NCBI GenBank assembly: GCA_029215975.1
Contig: JAEMVD010000002.1
Span: forward strand, 27,235 to 91,234
Reading direction: 5' to 3'
DNA from: Sulfurimonas sp. SAG-AH-194-C20
GTDB lineage: Bacteria; Campylobacterota; Campylobacteria; Campylobacterales; Sulfurimonadaceae
Length of the DNA stretch: 64,000 bases
In this document: positions 61,184-64,000 of the stretch, one piece after another
Layout: every line of letters starts with the position of its first letter
Numbering within the stretch: the stretch's first letter is position 1
The notes under the pieces: model-generated
What the model was told of the DNA's origin: nothing
The model's input: the letters and a program-made list of their open reading frames with translations, nothing else
Database searches by the model: none
Position numbers and translations under genes: made by a program

Positions 61184-61240
61184 TTTTATTTAGATACAAT
61201 AATAGTAATATAATCAATATACTACTCTCAAGGAATATTC

Positions 61241-62545
61241 GTGAATATCTTACTCATAAATGATAACCCTGTCGTTAATAAACTTGTTACACTTAGTGCT
61301 CAAAAAACCTCTGATACTCTTGAAGTTGTCGAGTCTATAGACTCTTTAGAATCAACTAGCTATGATTTAGTTGTTATAGACGACACACTTTATAGTGATG
61401 AGCTTCATATGGAACTAAATGCAAAAGTTCAGTACTCAAAATCACTTTACATCTGTTCTAGAGATGCAGAAGAAGTAAGCGGGTTTACTAAAACACTAAA
61501 AAAACCATTTTTACCAACAGACTTAGTAGAACTTTTTTCATCGTTAAGTAAAGAAGTGGATGAGATTGATCTAAGTGTATTAGAAATAGAAGACTTAGAA
61601 GAAGATGAAATCGAAGAACTTGAGAGCTTGGAAGAAGATGAAATCGAAGAACTTGAGAGCTTAGAAGAAGATGAAATCGAAGAACTTGAGAGCTTGGAAG
61701 AAGATGAAATCGAAGAACTTGAGAGCTTAGAAGAAGATGAAATCGAAGAACTTGAGAGATTGGAAGAAGATGAAATAGAATAACTTGAGAGCTTAGAAGA
61801 AGATGAAATCGAAGAACTTGAGAGCTTGGAAGAAGATGAAATCGAAGAACTTGAGAGCTTAGAAGAAGATGAAATCGAAGAACTTGAGAGTTTTGAAGAA
61901 GATGAAATCGAAGAACTTGAGAGTTTGGAAGAAGATGATAGTGTTTTAGATGGCGATGAAGCACAAAAAGTAAAAGATTTACTTGACGAAACCGATATAA
62001 ATATTGAGGATGAAGAAGAACTTGAGGTTGAAGAAGAACTTGAGGTTGAAGAAGAGCTTAAGGTCGAAGAAGAACCTGAAATCGAAGTTGAAGATGAACT
62101 TGAAGTAGAAGAAGAGCTTGATGTCGAAGAAGAACCTGAAATCGAAGTTGAAGAAGAACTTGAAGTCGAAGAAGAACTTGATATCGCTTCACAAATTGAA
62201 AACGCAGTTGAAGATTTGAGTGAAGAAGACTTAGAGAGTGAGCTAGATGAAGGGACTCTCTTAGATATAGTTTCGGGTGACTTAGACTCTTTAACTAGTA
62301 AAGATATGAAGTTGGCTGTTGGAGAAAGTGTTGAAGAAGAAATATCTGATACTACAAATAATGAAGATGGGATTGTAGAAGATGAAAGTTTAGTTGAAGA
62401 AGTTCTTGTTGAAAAAAATGATGATGCAGAGAATAAAGGTCTAGAAGCATTAAAAAATCTCCTTGCCGCGTTAAGTGATAAAAATGTTGCAGCTTCGATG
62501 AAAGGTATGAAAATCAGTATTAATATTACACTAGGGGATAGCTAG
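61241..62545 (+). pseudogene. Highly acidic protein with receiver-like N-domain, interrupted by in-frame TAA at 61781-61783 (possibly a sequence error)
   Basis: ORFs 61241-61783 and 61826-62545 share a frame; MNILLINDNPVV...KPFLPTDL and terminal GMKISINITL. Confidence 0.8.
61595..61939 (+). repeat. 33-bp coding tandem repeat, 10 full units plus a partial (LEEDEIEELES)
   Basis: TTR GAA GAA GAT GAA ATC GAA GAA CTT GAG AGC; first codon alternates TTA/TTG. Confidence 0.95.
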
Positions 62546-63171
62546 TGATAAAAAACAATGGTGTTGTACTTGTTCTCTCTGGTCCAAGTGGAGCTGGAAA
62601 AAGCTCGTTAATAAATAAAATATCTGATGAAATTGGTGACTATTATTTTTCTTTATCTACTACAACTCGTGAGAAACGAGAAGGTGAGGAAGAGGGTGTA
62701 CATTATCACTTTGTGAGTAAAGAAGAGTTTGAAAAAGATATAGAAGCTGATAACTTTTTAGAGTATGCTACTGTTCATGGAAACTACTATGGTACTTCTT
62801 TAAATCCTGTACGTGAAGCACTCCATGAAGGAAAGCTTGTTATCTTTGACATAGATGTTCAAGGAAATATGGCTGTAAAAAATAGGCTTGGAGATATAAC
62901 AACTTCTGTTTTTATAACACCTCCAACACTTTCAGAACTCAAACGCAGACTGCAAAAACGTTCAACCGATACAAAAGAGATTATAAAGGGACGCATTCAA
63001 GTTGCTAGACGTGAGATACAAAGAACATCAGAATATGATTTTATAATAGTAAATGATGACCTGGATATTGCAGCAAAAGTTTTAAAACAAATTGCATTAA
63101 CTGCAAGACTAAAAATACCACACAATATGATAAATAATTTTGTTCAAAAGTGGGAAGATATAAGAGAATAA
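62545..63171 (+). CDS. gmk: Guanylate kinase
   Basis: SGPSGAGKS, TTR..REGE..GVHYHF, GNYYGT, DIDVQG. Confidence 0.98.
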   Translation: MIKNNGVVLVLSGPSGAGKSSLINKISDEIGDYYFSLSTTTREKREGEEEGVHYHFVSKEEFEKDIEADNFLEYATVHGNYYGTSLNPVREALHEGKLVIFDIDVQGNMAVKNRLGDITTSVFITPPTLSELKRRLQKRSTDTKEIIKGRIQVARREIQRTSEYDFIIVNDDLDIAAKVLKQIALTARLKIPHNMINNFVQKWEDIRE

Positions 63172-63240
63172 ATACTGATAAGAGAATTTACAGTAAAATT
63201 GAGTTATAATCTCAAAATAAATATTTAAAAGGAAAGATAT

Positions 63241-63471
63241 ATGGGAATGCCTGGTACAACTGAATTAGTAATAATATTTGGAATTATCGTTTTATTATTT
63301 GGAGCAAAGAAAATACCTGATCTTGCAAAAGGTATTGGTAAAGGAATCAAAAACTTTAAATCTGAGATGAAAGAAGTAGATGAAGTTGTTGCAGAAGCAC
63401 CAAAAAAAGTCGAGGGAAGTGAAGAAGTAGCATCTACTACTGAAACTCCAAAAACTACAACACAAGCATAA
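63241..63471 (+). CDS. tatA: Twin-arginine translocase TatA
   Basis: [23 protein letters not shown]. Confidence 0.96.
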   Translation: MGMPGTTELVIIFGIIVLLFGAKKIPDLAKGIGKGIKNFKSEMKEVDEVVAEAPKKVEGSEEVASTTETPKTTTQA

Positions 63472-63475
63472 TACT

Positions 63476-64000
63476 TTGAAACAACGTGTATCGGCGCTTT
63501 TGCGCGAAAAACTGGGTCGTGAGGTTGTTTTAGAAAAACCACGTGACCGTTCTTTTGGTCACTTTGCTACTCCTATAGCATTTTCACTTGCTAAAGAACT
63601 TAGAAAATCTCCTATGATTATTGCAGAAGAAATTGCTGCATCTTTTGGTGAGTATGAAGAGTTTTCAAGTGTAGAATCTGTAAAAGGTTACTTAAACTTT
63701 AGACTAAGTGAAGGCTTTTTAGCTGAGTATGCATCTTGGGCACTAGAGAATCCTAGTGACTTTGCAAAGCAAGAAAAAAATCAAAAAATACTTTTAGAAT
63801 TTGTCTCGGCAAATCCTACAGGACCTCTACATATAGGGCATGCTCGTGGTGCTGTTTATGGTGATACTCTTTACCGTTTAGCAAAACACTTAGGCTATGA
63901 CATCACTGCAGAGTACTATGTAAATGATGCTGGGAATCAGATAGATTTACTTGGTCTGTCCATACAACTTTATGCTCGTGAGAACATCTTAAAAGAGACT
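63476..64000 (+). CDS. argS: Arginine--tRNA ligase, N-terminal part (runs off window)
   Basis: TTG start; FGHFATP, EFVSANPTGPLHIGHARGA, EYYVNDAGNQ. Confidence 0.97.
   Translation, partial: MKQRVSALLREKLGREVVLEKPRDRSFGHFATPIAFSLAKELRKSPMIIAEEIAASFGEYEEFSSVESVKGYLNFRLSEGFLAEYASWALENPSDFAKQEKNQKILLEFVSANPTGPLHIGHARGAVYGDTLYRLAKHLGYDITAEYYVNDAGNQIDLLGLSIQLYARENILKET

Noticed and set aside
61781-61783. Programmed readthrough or selenocysteine/pyrrolysine in the acidic protein
   Set aside because: Codon is TAA, replaces a repeat GAA and sits among other clustered substitutions; mutation or error is simpler
61488-61964. 158-aa antisense ORF with SSQVLRFHLL repeats
   Set aside because: Mirror image of the 33-bp coding repeat; no independent coding evidence
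1077-63542. Numerous 60-140 aa ORFs overlapping recognised genes (e.g. 37589-38002, 48918-49280, 57221-57640, 63225-63542)
   Set aside because: Antisense or alternate-frame shadows of well-supported genes with no RBS or family motifs

Overview
AT-rich chromosomal window of a Campylobacterota bacterium, most likely Sulfurimonas-like (inferred from gene content and order: futalosine menaquinone genes, plasminogen-binding protein, rpsB-tsf-ABC-fliR-acidic protein-gmk-tatA-argS). Most of it is housekeeping backbone (priA end, dnaB, ispG, alr, rsmG, ribA, hemB, argF, trpS, der, kdsA-ribH-nusB, mqnC, miaA, ftsW-murG, rpsB-tsf, gmk, tatA, argS start). No rRNA, tRNA, CRISPR array, integrase or transposase was seen. 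Accessory modules are interspersed. (1) A lipoprotein-anchored caspase-like protease plus an LPP20/DUF4384-like partner sits between 34-bp direct repeats that duplicate the end of the upstream gene and the kdsA promoter. (2) A nearby operon encodes LPP20-type lipoproteins and an MltC-type lytic transglycosylase. (3) An unannotated type I toxin-antitoxin-like locus precedes recD2 and an SRAP/YedK gene whose catalytic Cys2 is replaced by Pro. (4) A 47-bp tandem duplication builds an uORF-containing leader on a DMT transporter. (5) There is also a 12-heme membrane-anchored cytochrome c, an OprC-like copper TonB receptor, and several apparently leaderless genes. All family assignments are from motif recognition, not database searches.
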